Below, one piece after another: positions 46,153 to 56,291 of a DNA stretch of 64,000 bases. The translations under genes were made by a program, and so were the position numbers. The notes under the pieces were generated by a model that made no database searches, was not told where the DNA came from, and saw only the letters and a program-made list of their open reading frames with translations. This DNA is from an uncultured virus (IMG/VR IMGVR_UViG_3300009551_000011) (taxonomy: Duplodnaviria > Heunggongvirae > Uroviricota > Caudoviricetes): the IMG/VR virus record IMGVR_UViG_3300009551_000011. One strand, given 5' to 3'. Numbering within the stretch: the first letter of the stretch is position 1; each line of letters begins with the position of its first letter.

Positions 46153-47956
46153 ACCTTACCAGCATGGAACCGTGGAGGCGGTCTTTGATGCCATGGACCC
46201 GTTCGGCGAATCGTTGAACCGGGTGCTCTATGTGCTTTGCACAGGCGCGGGAAAGACAACAACCTTCTCCGAGATTATCAAGCGGTTCCTAGACGATGAC
46301 AAAAAGGTTCTCGTTCTCGCGCACCGCAAAGAGCTAATCACTCAGGCATACAACCGCATCAAAGACCACTGCGAATTGACCCCCTGGGAGATTGGCATAG
46401 AGTTGGCTGAACATCGGGCGCATACGAGTAACCGGGTAATCGTTGGGTCAGTTCAGACATGCGCGAAGGAAGGGCGACCTGGCACAGCTTTCCAGCCGGA
46501 TGTGATTATTGTTGATGAGGCGCACCATGCAAGTAGTAACAGCTATCGGAAGATTGCCACGCGGTACGGCGTAGATGAGGGCCGGTGCATGTACATAGGA
46601 TGCACAGCCACCGCAAAGCGTACGGACAGGATGAGCTTGTATGCAAAACACCTAGACGGCTCGCCTGTTATGTTGGAGCGCAAGGGAAGGCCGGCGCGGC
46701 CTGCGTGTGAGACTGAATCAGTATTCCAGCGGCTTGTGTATGAGTACGGAATGCTTGCTGCCGTGGATGAAGGCTGGTTGACTCCTATCATCGGTCATGT
46801 GGTTGAGACAGAGACCGACATCAATGAAGTGGAGACAGCCCGCGATGGTGATTTCAACGAAGGTCAACTTGCAAAGGTAGTTGATGATAAGCAGCGTACT
46901 TTGCTGGCTATCAACGCATGGAAAAAGCTTGCCGCGGATCGGCCAACCCTCGTATTTTGTGCGTCCGTAGAACATGCACACCATGCGGCAGACCTGTGGA
47001 GGCAGGCAGGATACACGGCCCAGGCTATAGATGGTGAAACCGAAAACTGGGATCGGACTACCTACTTTAGCAACTTCAAGGAAGGGCGCCTTCAGGTTAT
47101 TACCAACATGGGTGTTGCTACTGAAGGGACCGACCTGCCGACATGTTCCTGCATCGTCCATCTTCGGCCAACAAAGAGTTGGAACCTGTACGTCCAGATG
47201 AGCGGGCGCGGCACAAGAGCGTTACCCGGTGTGTTGGACCACCTACAGGAAGCGGAACCGATTGAGCGGTTGCGAGCAATCGAAAGCAGCGCGAAACCGA
47301 ATTGCTACGTTATTGACATGGTGGACCTGTACGACAAGTGCGGCGACATTTGTACTGTTCCGTCCATCCTTGATTTGCCGGTGAAACTGGATCTTCAGGG
47401 GCACAGTTTGACGGAAGCAAAGAAGCTGCTGGATGAATTTGCAGAGGTCAAAGATCGCGTTATTGGAGAGTGTCCAACAACATACAAGGACCTTGAAGTT
47501 CGTCTGTCGGAGGTGAATCTGATGCGAACAAGCGGTGCGAGATCTACTCAGGATTGGAAGGCGACGGATACTGGATACCGGTTTATGAAGGTGCCGCCCG
47601 CTTATACCTGCGAGATGCTCCGTAACGGTGAAGGGTATCAGCTCATCGTAAAGCACAAGAGCGAAACCATATTGGATAAGACAGGCAAAGAAGGTCACGA
47701 CATGAGGTCCTATCTGGACAAAGCGCAAGAACGGGCAACGCAAGCCATAACTGCGCATCGCGAAGCACAGCCGAAAATATCACGCGGAACGCTCAATCGG
47801 TTGACGCCAAAGCAGGCGTCGGTTCTACGCCGTAACGGACATAACAATGTTGAGATCGATTCGTTTCCATATGCTAAGGCCAAGGCGCTTATTCAGACGT
47901 ACATGAACGCTTGGCGGGCTTCACAGGCACAGCAATCCGAGACGGTGGCAGCATAG
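46136..47956 (+). CDS. superfamily 2 (DEAH) helicase
   Basis: LRPYQ, TGAGKT, DEAHH, TAT, TEGTD and QMSGRGTR motifs. Confidence 0.92.
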   Translation: MTQILRPYQHGTVEAVFDAMDPFGESLNRVLYVLCTGAGKTTTFSEIIKRFLDDDKKVLVLAHRKELITQAYNRIKDHCELTPWEIGIELAEHRAHTSNRVIVGSVQTCAKEGRPGTAFQPDVIIVDEAHHASSNSYRKIATRYGVDEGRCMYIGCTATAKRTDRMSLYAKHLDGSPVMLERKGRPARPACETESVFQRLVYEYGMLAAVDEGWLTPIIGHVVETETDINEVETARDGDFNEGQLAKVVDDKQRTLLAINAWKKLAADRPTLVFCASVEHAHHAADLWRQAGYTAQAIDGETENWDRTTYFSNFKEGRLQVITNMGVATEGTDLPTCSCIVHLRPTKSWNLYVQMSGRGTRALPGVLDHLQEAEPIERLRAIESSAKPNCYVIDMVDLYDKCGDICTVPSILDLPVKLDLQGHSLTEAKKLLDEFAEVKDRVIGECPTTYKDLEVRLSEVNLMRTSGARSTQDWKATDTGYRFMKVPPAYTCEMLRNGEGYQLIVKHKSETILDKTGKEGHDMRSYLDKAQERATQAITAHREAQPKISRGTLNRLTPKQASVLRRNGHNNVEIDSFPYAKAKALIQTYMNAWRASQAQQSETVAA

Positions 47957-48017
47957 AATTAGCCTCTCCGCCCCGAAACCGAGGGCTGCGGAGTAGGGAG
48001 ATTGAGGGAGTAGAGAG

Positions 48018-48185
48018 ATGGCGTACGTAGAAGTCCAAACACACCGCGGAACTCAGAAGGTCAAGGTATGCGATTACTGCCGAGTGTGTTGCTGCCAATC
48101 TCGGTTCTGCTCTTCCCGATGTTATCACGAATACGAGCGACACGAAGAGTTGAGGCGCAAGCAGAATTCCGAGGCCAAATCATGA
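48018..48185 (+). CDS. small Cys-rich protein (55 aa, below the ORF-track cutoff)
   Basis: GGGAG RBS; CDYC..FCSSRC; ATGA overlap with the next gene. Confidence 0.45.
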   Translation: MAYVEVQTHRGTQKVKVCDYCRVCCCQSRFCSSRCYHEYERHEELRRKQNSEAKS

Positions 48186-48799
48186 CCGCCGAGACGCTCG
48201 AGGAGTTCAACCTCACTCTAAAACCCAACAAGAGGCGGACGCGTAAGCCGAAGCCAATGACCGGTTGCAGCGAGAAACGGGCCGAGGAAGGCGGAGATGA
48301 TTTCCAGACGCCGCCAGAAGCGCTCAGCGTTCTCTACCCGTATCTACCGGCCGGCAAAACGATTTGGGAACCGGCCATGGGCGAGGGCAACCTAGTCAGT
48401 GCGCTCATGAAGCGGGGATATCCGGTAATCGGTTCGGATATCAAGACAGGCCAGAACTTCTTCAGTTATCGACCGGCGGATCCTTGGGATATCCAGGTAA
48501 CGAACCCTCCGTTCAGCGTGAAAGATGGCTGGATTGCGGAGTCTTACCGGTGGCTGGTTGAGTACGGAAAACCGTTTGCGCTCCTGTTGCCGTTCGCTGC
48601 GCTGGAAGGGGCGAAGCGGCAGCCGTTATACATTCAGCACGGCGTAGAGCTGATTTTCCTTGACCGCAGATTGAATTTTCAGACGCCGAGCGGCGAGGGC
48701 GATGGTTCATGGTTCGCTACGATGTGGCTTACGGCAGGATTGAACATTGGGCGGCAGTTGACCTTCGCCACGGTGGAGGATGAGAAGCAGGCAGACTGA
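48182..48799 (+). CDS. small N6-adenine DNA methyltransferase-like protein
   Basis: DDFQTP, IWEPAMGEG, TNPPFS and PFALLLP motifs. Confidence 0.8.
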   Translation: MTAETLEEFNLTLKPNKRRTRKPKPMTGCSEKRAEEGGDDFQTPPEALSVLYPYLPAGKTIWEPAMGEGNLVSALMKRGYPVIGSDIKTGQNFFSYRPADPWDIQVTNPPFSVKDGWIAESYRWLVEYGKPFALLLPFAALEGAKRQPLYIQHGVELIFLDRRLNFQTPSGEGDGSWFATMWLTAGLNIGRQLTFATVEDEKQAD

Positions 48800-49126
48800 A
48801 TCTTTGCACAATGCTTTGCCCTCATAAAGGCATACCTTTGAGAGGAATTCCTGTTGATAGTGAGGGCTGTATAACCTGTCCAGGGCACGGATTGAGATTT
48901 AACGTGACTACCGGCGAAATGGTTACATACGAATAATGGGCCGCGAAGTCGAACCGCTCTGCCCTCACCCGCGCAAGGGCCGAGTGACCAATCAGGCATG
49001 GGGCTATGACGAGAAGCGGCCCTTCATGTGCGTTCCGGTGTGCGAGAGGCTTGTCTGCCAGCGGGTGGCCAGGGTGAAGGTTCAGGCGAATACCGGGGAA
49101 GAGGCGGTTTTTGTGGAGGATGAGTA

Positions 49127-49594
49127 ATGGCGGGTCAATATGCTGTAGACACCAAGATCGATTCGATGAAGACGCGCAACGATATTGAGAAACTGCTCAT
49201 GAAGTACGGCGCGACAGGCTTCCTGTACGGTTCGGCAGAGTCGGCTGCGCTCATCGGGTTTACAATCAACAATCGGCAGTTCCGGATCGTCCTGCCGCTG
49301 CCAGACAGGACTAGCAAGAGTATTACACATCATTCAAGGGGCGTACGCAATGCCGATGCTCAGGCGGCGGCTTATGAGCAGGCTTGCAGGAGCAGTTGGC
49401 GCTCTCTTTTCCTTATCATCAAGGCCAAACTTGAAGCCGTGGCAACTGGCATCAGCACGGTTGAACGCGAGTTCCTTCCTGACCTTGTTATGCCTGATGG
49501 TCAAACGGTGAGCCAGTGGGCCGCGCCACAAGTCGAGCAAATGTACCTTACTGGACGGATGCCTGCTTTGTTGCCGATGTTGGAGGCAAAATAG
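49127..49594 (+). CDS. conserved phage hypothetical protein
   Basis: WRSLFLIIKAKLEAV.TGI...EREFL motif. Confidence 0.7.
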   Translation: MAGQYAVDTKIDSMKTRNDIEKLLMKYGATGFLYGSAESAALIGFTINNRQFRIVLPLPDRTSKSITHHSRGVRNADAQAAAYEQACRSSWRSLFLIIKAKLEAVATGISTVEREFLPDLVMPDGQTVSQWAAPQVEQMYLTGRMPALLPMLEAK

Positions 49595-49785
49595 ATGGTC
49601 AGAACTTTAGTGATGCTTGTCGAAGTGCCAGACGACATGCCTCTAGAGGAAATCAAACCATTAACCGAGCGTGCTTTAGGAGTTCACTTTCCATTGCTTA
49701 CTTCGGCAAGGGCGATAGTCCATGAGAGCGTGGAGTGTGTTGCCCAGGCACTAAGCAATGATTTTACAGTGGAGTCTTTTGAAGA

Positions 49786-50256
49786 ATGACAAACCTGTTC
49801 GCCGAGGAAGAGACGGTCAAATCCGTCAAGCTAACGTTCCCGCCGGTGCCGCGTTCGCTCAAGCCTAACGAGAACATCCATTGGCGCATCAAGAGCGAGC
49901 CTACCAAGCAGTATCGGGCTTTGTGCAAAGAGGAGACCGAAAAGCAGTTGGCACGTGTCGATCTGGTGGGCGCCAAGTTCAAGTTATCCTACCGATTCTG
50001 CATCGGCGGATCTCGAGGTGATTGTCCGCATACTCGCAGAGCCCGGACTGATGGTAAGCCACTCAAGCCATGCCGTAGGTGCCCGTATGCACCGAGAGAC
50101 GCGAGCAACGCCCTGGCCTCGTTCAAGGCTGGGCAGGACGGGCTGTGCGATGCGCTGGGGATTGAGGATAGCCGCAAATTCGTGACGGTTGGTTCGATTG
50201 ATATTGACCCGAAGCAGGGGCCTTGGGTGGAAGTCTTGGTGGAGGTCATATCATGA
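49786..50256 (+). CDS. RusA-like Holliday junction resolvase
   Basis: L.PN..HW, RDASN..SFKA..DG..DALGIED. Confidence 0.7.
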   Translation: MTNLFAEEETVKSVKLTFPPVPRSLKPNENIHWRIKSEPTKQYRALCKEETEKQLARVDLVGAKFKLSYRFCIGGSRGDCPHTRRARTDGKPLKPCRRCPYAPRDASNALASFKAGQDGLCDALGIEDSRKFVTVGSIDIDPKQGPWVEVLVEVIS

Positions 50257-50597
50257 TACTCACACCCGAACAAATCAATGAACTCCTAGTTGCAAATTGG
50301 GGTGAGGTAGGCGTGAATGGCTCAGACTTCTCTCGGGTGATTGAGAGCCATGAGGAGTTGAGGGCGGACCTTCGCCTTGCGGTCAGATCAGCTTATCTGA
50401 ACTGTGCTGCTGATGCGTGTGTTTACTGTCTCAGTGATTGGCCTATTCAATATCATGGTTCCAAGTTTAGGCACTTAGCGCCTTATGATTCGAAGCAGCA
50501 TCAAACATGTAGGGCGCAGTATGAGCGGCTTCGGATAGCAGAGATAGATATGGCTATGGCGGAGACAGACGAGGACGCGAGGAGGGCGGAAGGGTGA
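50253..50597 (+). CDS. hypothetical protein
   Basis: ATGA-coupled ORF. Confidence 0.5.
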   Translation: MILTPEQINELLVANWGEVGVNGSDFSRVIESHEELRADLRLAVRSAYLNCAADACVYCLSDWPIQYHGSKFRHLAPYDSKQHQTCRAQYERLRIAEIDMAMAETDEDARRAEG

Positions 50598-50772
50598 ACA
50601 TTACGAGACCCTGTGCTTGTGCTAAAGGCATGGATGAAACAGTCCGCGTGCCCGCTCCTAATGGGGACATAAAGCAGGCTTCTAACATTTGGGGTCCAGT
50701 GCCAGGGCTGTACAGATGCACAGATTGTGGCTCTTTGAAAAACTTAACTGTTCCTAAAGAGGCGGATTCCCC

Positions 50773-50988
50773 ATGACTCCTCTCCTCTCCTGCCACCAAT
50801 GCCAGACCGTGGTAGTCTCCGAATCGCAGGGACGTGTCAACTATCGCGGCTCCGACATCGGCTCATACCCCGACACAGGCAAGGTCACAGGGAAGTGCCC
50901 GCGCTGCCAAAAGCGATGGGAGTTTGTCCTTACCTCCTCCTCATTGACAACCAAGCACAACTTGGCTATACTTCAATCTAACAAGTAG
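50773..50988 (+). CDS. Com-like zinc-ribbon regulator
   Basis: CHQC...KCPRC; last early gene, overlapping the late promoter. Confidence 0.55.
   Translation: MTPLLSCHQCQTVVVSESQGRVNYRGSDIGSYPDTGKVTGKCPRCQKRWEFVLTSSSLTTKHNLAILQSNK
50944..50972 (+). promoter_or_regulatory. sigma70-type promoter for the packaging operon (P3)
   Basis: TTGACA, 17-nt spacer, TATACT. Confidence 0.8.
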
Positions 50989-51015
50989 CACCAATTTTAT
51001 ACGTACACGGCTGGT

Positions 51016-51058
51016 AGCCGCTCACTTCGGTCTGGGAGATCGAGGCGGGCGGCTTTTT
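51016..51058 (+). terminator. intrinsic terminator/attenuator in the P3 leader
   Basis: AGCCGCTC...GGGCGGCT stem followed by a T run. Confidence 0.7.
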
Positions 51059-51129
51059 GCTTTCTCCAGTGCAGGAGTTATTGCCATGGCGGGCATGAGC
51101 CGGTTGGTTGGGATGTGGTGAGTCAGTAA

Positions 51130-51726
51130 ATGTCAGCACATCGTGCTTCTAATTCATTAACAACCAGGCAGGAAAAGGCGGCCGCCCTACTCGCTGTTGA
51201 TAGCATTTCAGATGTCGAAATCGCTGCCAAATGTGGGATTACGGATCGGTCACTCAACCGATGGAAATCTAACCCGCAATTCGCCGCTCGCGTTCAAAAG
51301 TTACGCGATGAAGCCGCCGAGCGCATCAGGGAAGAGGTCATAACTACTGGCATAGCCGACCGGGTAAACCGCGTCAAGCGCCTGAACGATGACTGGATCC
51401 GAATGCAGCAGGTAATCAAAGAGCGCGGCGAATCGGCTGAGATGGAGGAGATACCTGGCGGTCAAACCGGCCTCCTGGTTCGCCAAATCAAGGGTATTGG
51501 CAAGGGTGAAGATTTCCAGATTGTTGAGATGTACGCCGTTGATGCCGCTCTACTCTCCCAGTTAACTGCACATGAGGCGGCGGCGGCTAAGGAACTCGGA
51601 CAAACCATTGACCGCCACGAGATAGATGTCAGAGATACAACTGCTGCAGACTCGCTTGACCGCAAACTGGCTGGCCTCGCTGCCCGAATCGGAGCGCCTC
51701 CAGTTCCTAGCGAGCCTGAGCCATGA
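51130..51726 (+). CDS. terS: terminase small subunit
   Basis: N-terminal HTH (EIAAKCGITDRSLNRWK..PQF); AAKELGQ; directly upstream of terL. Confidence 0.75.
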   Translation: MSAHRASNSLTTRQEKAAALLAVDSISDVEIAAKCGITDRSLNRWKSNPQFAARVQKLRDEAAERIREEVITTGIADRVNRVKRLNDDWIRMQQVIKERGESAEMEEIPGGQTGLLVRQIKGIGKGEDFQIVEMYAVDAALLSQLTAHEAAAAKELGQTIDRHEIDVRDTTAADSLDRKLAGLAARIGAPPVPSEPEP

Positions 51727-52972
51727 GGAGCGGGAAGAGCTCTTCTACAAGTGGAGTTTCTGGGCCCGAGACGCACAAATCAGTCCGCCAGGCGATTGGC
51801 GCTGCTGGCTCATCCTTGCAGGCAGAGGATTCGGTAAGACGCGGATTGGCGCCGAAGTCGTAAGGGCTATAGCTGAGACCGGCGAGGTTGGACGAATTGG
51901 TCTAATCGGGCAGACTGCGGCCGACGTGCGCGACGTTATGGTTGAAGGAGAGAGCGGGATACTCGAAATCTCTCCTCCATGGTTCAGGCCGAAGTACGAG
52001 CCATCAAAGCGCCGCCTGACATGGCCGAACGGAGTCAAGGCGACAACCTTCTCAGGTGATGAGCCCGACCAGCTCCGCGGACCGCAGCATGGCTTAGTCT
52101 GGGCAGATGAGCCGGCCAAATGGAAGTACCCGGATGACGCATGGTCCAACATGGAATTCGGTCTGCGTACCGGAGATCATCCGAGGGTAGTGGCAACAAC
52201 CACGCCCAGGCCGATAAAGCTGATCCGTGAACTGGTGAATGACCCGACGACACACGTCACACGCGGTTCGACCTATGACAATTACGGCAACCTTGCTCCA
52301 TCGTTCATTCAAAAGGTTCTCACCCGTTACGAGGGCACGAGACTCGGCAGGCAGGAGCTTCTAGCCGAAATCCTTGACGACAATCCGGGCGCATTGTGGC
52401 AGCGCTCTATGATAGACGCGCTCCGGGTTAAGACCGCTCCGGACCTATTCAGAATTGTTGTTGCTGTTGACCCGATGGTGGCCGATGTGAATACCGCCGC
52501 CAATCTCGAGGATGAAGGCTCAGCCTGCGGGATCGTGGTGTTTGGCGTGACGGAAGGCCCAGACGGGCACGGGTATGTGCTTGAAGACAAGACGGTCTTC
52601 GGTTCACCGAACGAATGGGCGGCTACCGCGGTCAACGCCTATCTTGAGCATAAGGCGGATCGGATAGTCGCAGAAACAAATCAGGGCGGCGCGATGGTCG
52701 ATTTCACCATTCGGACGGTTGCCCGCGATATGGGCGTAAGGGTTTCGTACCGGGGTGTCCATGCATCCAGAGGCAAGTATGTACGAGCTGAGCCAGTCGC
52801 CGCTCTGTACGAGCAGAAGAGGGTTCATCACGTAGGCAGCATGCCCGACCTCGAGGATGAGCTTTGTAATTGGGAACCTGGACAACCTTCACCTAACCGG
52901 TTGGATGCCCTTGTATGGGGAGCGACCGACACGATGGTTGAGAACGTGAAGCGACAGGCACGGACGGCTTAA
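51626..52972 (+). CDS. terL: terminase large subunit
   Basis: AGRGFGKTR Walker A; VWADE Walker B; TTTP; VAVDP; NRLDALVW. Confidence 0.95.
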   Translation: MSEIQLLQTRLTANWLASLPESERLQFLASLSHEEREELFYKWSFWARDAQISPPGDWRCWLILAGRGFGKTRIGAEVVRAIAETGEVGRIGLIGQTAADVRDVMVEGESGILEISPPWFRPKYEPSKRRLTWPNGVKATTFSGDEPDQLRGPQHGLVWADEPAKWKYPDDAWSNMEFGLRTGDHPRVVATTTPRPIKLIRELVNDPTTHVTRGSTYDNYGNLAPSFIQKVLTRYEGTRLGRQELLAEILDDNPGALWQRSMIDALRVKTAPDLFRIVVAVDPMVADVNTAANLEDEGSACGIVVFGVTEGPDGHGYVLEDKTVFGSPNEWAATAVNAYLEHKADRIVAETNQGGAMVDFTIRTVARDMGVRVSYRGVHASRGKYVRAEPVAALYEQKRVHHVGSMPDLEDELCNWEPGQPSPNRLDALVWGATDTMVENVKRQARTA

Positions 52973-52987
52973 CCGTTGGGAGGCGGT
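52972..52987 (+). repeat. ACCGTTGGGAGGCGGT hairpin repeat, copy 1
   Basis: identical to the copies at 58925 and 62183. Confidence 0.85.
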
Positions 52988-52991
52988 AGAG

Positions 52992-53213
52992 ATGGATCAA
53001 GATGCGTACGGTGTGTGGCTAGGCGACACGATCAAAGATGGTCGATGGTTGTTCGATGACGCCAAGCGCCTAATTAGCTTCCCTACCTTCAATGAGGCAG
53101 AGGCGCAGGCGGTTATGCTCAGGAAGCGAGAGGGTGTTGACTGTATGGCCTGTCAAATCCTCCACAACGGATTACCTCCGCTCAGTGCATTCCGAAGTAA
53201 GGCGGTGGCCTAG
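52992..53213 (+). CDS. hypothetical protein
   Basis: RBS lies within the repeat; coupled to the next gene. Confidence 0.55.
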   Translation: MDQDAYGVWLGDTIKDGRWLFDDAKRLISFPTFNEAEAQAVMLRKREGVDCMACQILHNGLPPLSAFRSKAVA

Positions 53214-53744
53214 ATGAGCGAAACCGCAGCCGCCCGCGAAACCCTCGCTCCGTACTGCTCCGAGCCCATCGGTATCGACTTTGGATTCGGCGGCGACAAA
53301 ATCGTTCCTCACGCATGGGCGTTCGATATGTCGCAAGCTTACACATCGGTCGGAGGTGACAGGCAGCAGGTGATTGCCTACGCTGATCGCCCTCTTCAGT
53401 TTCTTGCCGATGGCGCGATGGATTGGATTTACTCCTCTCATCTTCTCGAAGATTTCCACTACTTTGAACTCTCTTCCGTGCTTCGTGAATGGCGGCGTGT
53501 CCTAAAGTCCGGCGGATTGCTCGTCACCAATTGCCCAGACCAACAGAAATTCGTCGCACACTGCACGGCACACATGGAACGCACCGGCCAGGATATCCGC
53601 AACCTGGCCCACAAGGAAGCCGATTTCAGCCTTGAGACGTTCCGCGCGGTCCTAAACCAGACGGGTGCATGGGAAGAGGTCTTTGTGCAACCGGAGGCGG
53701 GGGCGTACAGTTGGTATTTGGTTGTCCGAAAGGTTGGAGCATGA
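53214..53744 (+). CDS. class I SAM methyltransferase (Methyltransf_11-like)
   Basis: IDFGFGG, IYSSHLLED and EWRRVLKSGG motifs. Confidence 0.8.
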   Translation: MSETAAARETLAPYCSEPIGIDFGFGGDKIVPHAWAFDMSQAYTSVGGDRQQVIAYADRPLQFLADGAMDWIYSSHLLEDFHYFELSSVLREWRRVLKSGGLLVTNCPDQQKFVAHCTAHMERTGQDIRNLAHKEADFSLETFRAVLNQTGAWEEVFVQPEAGAYSWYLVVRKVGA

Positions 53745-54079
53745 CAAGCGCGCCTCAGTTCACATTGCCGCCCTTGACCCTTGACGGACTCCTTGATGTC
53801 ATGAAGCAGATTAGGACGCCTCCGCCTCTACCAAAACTGTTCGCTGGCGATCCGTGCGACAAGGTATTGGATGCCTTAGGCGTCCATAAAGTACCCGGCC
53901 CGTTCGAGCGATGGGCTTCAAATCACTACGAGATGGCTATCGTCACGGATCCATTCATGCCTGCCAACACTATACGGTTCGAGCATCCAGACGGGCGCAT
54001 CGATGTACTTGTCTTACAGGAGGATGGCTCCGTCGCTAACATCCCGGTTCCCTCTAGCCCGTTTACGGAGGTCAAATGA
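53741..54079 (+). CDS. hypothetical protein
   Basis: ATGA-coupled at both ends. Confidence 0.55.
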   Translation: MTSAPQFTLPPLTLDGLLDVMKQIRTPPPLPKLFAGDPCDKVLDALGVHKVPGPFERWASNHYEMAIVTDPFMPANTIRFEHPDGRIDVLVLQEDGSVANIPVPSSPFTEVK

Positions 54080-54795
54080 ACGCCCAAGTAGTCACGGTCT
54101 CGTCCCATGTTCCCACGCAAAGCTACTACCGCCCGGACGCTTACCTTGCGTCCCTTCATCGATTCGCAGAGGTGCCTACAATCCTCGGCGCCGGCGAAAC
54201 ATGGAGCGGTCTAATGACAAAGCCCTTCCTGCTCCGCGATTGGCTGCGCAAGGGCAACAACACGAGCGACCGGATCATCTTCACCGATGCGTGGGACATC
54301 CTCTTCCTCGCCCATCCTCACGGCATTGGAGACCGCTGTATTGAGTGGTTCGGTGCCGATGTGATCGTCTTCAATGGCGAGCGCAACATATGGCCGCGTG
54401 GTGACCTCAAAGAGCAGTTCCCGGACACCGGCCCATGGCGCTACCTCAACAGCGGGTTCATGTGCGGCAGCGCTGAGAACATCCTCAAACTGCTGGAGTC
54501 GATGGATCTCGAGAGTATCGGAGTGGACCGCACCAATCCAGACGGCAGCAAGACGGAGCCTAACGATCAGGCCTACTTCCAGGAAGCCTACACAAAGCAA
54601 GTAGTACCGATGGTGGTCGATGGCTCCTGCAAACTAGCGATGACCTTCTCCGCTACAGGTGACGAGGATTTCGATTTGCGCGACCGGGTTCTCACCAACA
54701 AGCTAACCGGCACCACTCCGGGCGTGGCTCACTTCAACGGGTCGGGTATGAACGACCACTTTCACAAGTTCCTTGCACATTGGGAGTTACCATGA
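54076..54795 (+). CDS. PLOD/LH3-type GT-A glycosyltransferase domain protein
   Basis: IIFTDAWD, VFNGERNIWP, RYLNSGF..G, DQ.YF and HFNG motifs. Confidence 0.8.
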   Translation: MNAQVVTVSSHVPTQSYYRPDAYLASLHRFAEVPTILGAGETWSGLMTKPFLLRDWLRKGNNTSDRIIFTDAWDILFLAHPHGIGDRCIEWFGADVIVFNGERNIWPRGDLKEQFPDTGPWRYLNSGFMCGSAENILKLLESMDLESIGVDRTNPDGSKTEPNDQAYFQEAYTKQVVPMVVDGSCKLAMTFSATGDEDFDLRDRVLTNKLTGTTPGVAHFNGSGMNDHFHKFLAHWELP

Positions 54796-55028
54796 ACAGA
54801 CGACAGGCGATTCAAGCGATAGGCGGCGGAACCTTAGCGGTCGCGATGGCGGGCAAGATAGACGCTAAAACTGTAGGTAGTGGCGACGTTGTTCTTATCA
54901 CTACACGAGAAGGGTCCACCTGCTCAATTGAAGATATTCGGGACGACATCATCAAGGCACTTCCGCAGTTGGCCGGGCGAGTGGTAATTCTCGACGGTTT
55001 TGACGTTACAGTGGTGTCTGCGAAATGA
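54792..55028 (+). CDS. small protein with twin-Arg-like N-terminus
   Basis: MNRRQAIQ followed by a hydrophobic stretch. Confidence 0.5.
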   Translation: MNRRQAIQAIGGGTLAVAMAGKIDAKTVGSGDVVLITTREGSTCSIEDIRDDIIKALPQLAGRVVILDGFDVTVVSAK

Positions 55029-55035
55029 GGACCGC

Positions 55036-55752
55036 TTGAATCCCTACACCATGCACGGCGTGACCTTCAACGTCAACGAAGAAGGAGAAGGTGCTTGCCA
55101 CGTCTTCAATCCTGATCGTCCAGAGGCTACCGACCGCGGCCCGGCTGGTATGGTTGCTGAGATGACGCGGTTCGTAGAGCTATCCAAAGATAAGCGGTCA
55201 CTACTGGATGTAGGCGCGCTGTTCGGCGTGTTCTCCATGGTCTTTTGTGCGCTTACCGGCGGCACGGCATACGCGATAGAGGCTTCACCGTGGGCGTTTC
55301 CGATTCTGATGGATCACGTGCGGGCAAACCCTACGCTAGACTTCGGTCATGGACAGTTCTTTCTAGGCGACACCCCATATCGTGAAGTGAACTGCGCTCG
55401 CGATTGGAAGCATGTCATTGCCAATCTGGACCGCCCAGACAGTGAGCAGATCACGATTTATGAGGCGCGACTCGACGACATCCTGCCCGCCGAATACTTC
55501 GTGGACATCATGAAGATTGACGTCGAGGCGTATGAGGTTCAGGTCTTGCGGGGTGCCGAGAACCTAATCCGGAGATGCCGCCCGCTGATGTTCATCGAAC
55601 TGCATACCGCGACCCTACCGGACAACGGCGAATCGCTTGAAAGTTTCATGGCGCTCATGGACGATTACGGATACACGACTCGAAATTATGACGGATCTCT
55701 GGCAAACGATATCCTGCCAAACAGCATGACGAGGGTGATTGCATGGCCATGA
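55036..55752 (+). CDS. FkbM-family methyltransferase
   Basis: LDVGALFGVFS, AIEASP, MKIDVEAYE..VLRGA and FIELH motifs. Confidence 0.88.
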   Translation: MNPYTMHGVTFNVNEEGEGACHVFNPDRPEATDRGPAGMVAEMTRFVELSKDKRSLLDVGALFGVFSMVFCALTGGTAYAIEASPWAFPILMDHVRANPTLDFGHGQFFLGDTPYREVNCARDWKHVIANLDRPDSEQITIYEARLDDILPAEYFVDIMKIDVEAYEVQVLRGAENLIRRCRPLMFIELHTATLPDNGESLESFMALMDDYGYTTRNYDGSLANDILPNSMTRVIAWP

Positions 55753-56291
55753 GCTACGTCGAGCGAGCCGCTGCCGCAGGCGTGACCGGCTTCCTCCATC
55801 CATGCGAGGCCGAGAAACTGCCGGAACTAGCACAGGGCCGCGTCTGCCTTGAGGTTGGCGCTTTCGAGGGCTATAGCACATGGTTGATGGCTCAGACGGC
55901 GGTAAGCGTATTCTCTGTGGATACCTTCCAAGCAAATACGGCCGGCACCGTCCAGATGGACGAGCTAACCACGCTCGACAAGTATAAGCGCACGATCGAG
56001 GGACTGCCGAACGTTGATTACTACATCGGCACGAGTGCACTGTATGCGGCAACTGCGCGGCGCGACAAGCAGGAATACGACCTCATCTTCCTTGACGCTG
56101 ACCATTCGTACGAGGCAGTGAAGCAGGACATCGCGCTCTGGTGGCCGCGTCTCAAGGACGGCGGCATCATGGCCTTCCACGACTACCACCCCGAGCATAG
56201 TTACTTCCCGGGCGTGTATCAGGCGGTGACGGAGCGGTTTGGGGAGTTGCCGAATCGCGAGATTACGCTGGGATGGATGGTGAAGGAATGA
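55749..56291 (+). CDS. class I SAM methyltransferase (Methyltransf_24-like)
   Basis: LEVGAFEGYST, DLIFLDADHSYE and LKDGG..AFHDY motifs. Confidence 0.88.
   Translation: MSYVERAAAAGVTGFLHPCEAEKLPELAQGRVCLEVGAFEGYSTWLMAQTAVSVFSVDTFQANTAGTVQMDELTTLDKYKRTIEGLPNVDYYIGTSALYAATARRDKQEYDLIFLDADHSYEAVKQDIALWWPRLKDGGIMAFHDYHPEHSYFPGVYQAVTERFGELPNREITLGWMVKE

Noticed and set aside
42225..48799. Restriction-modification system
   Set aside because: Two orphan DNA methyltransferases without an adjacent recognisable restriction enzyme, which is common anti-restriction cargo in temperate phages
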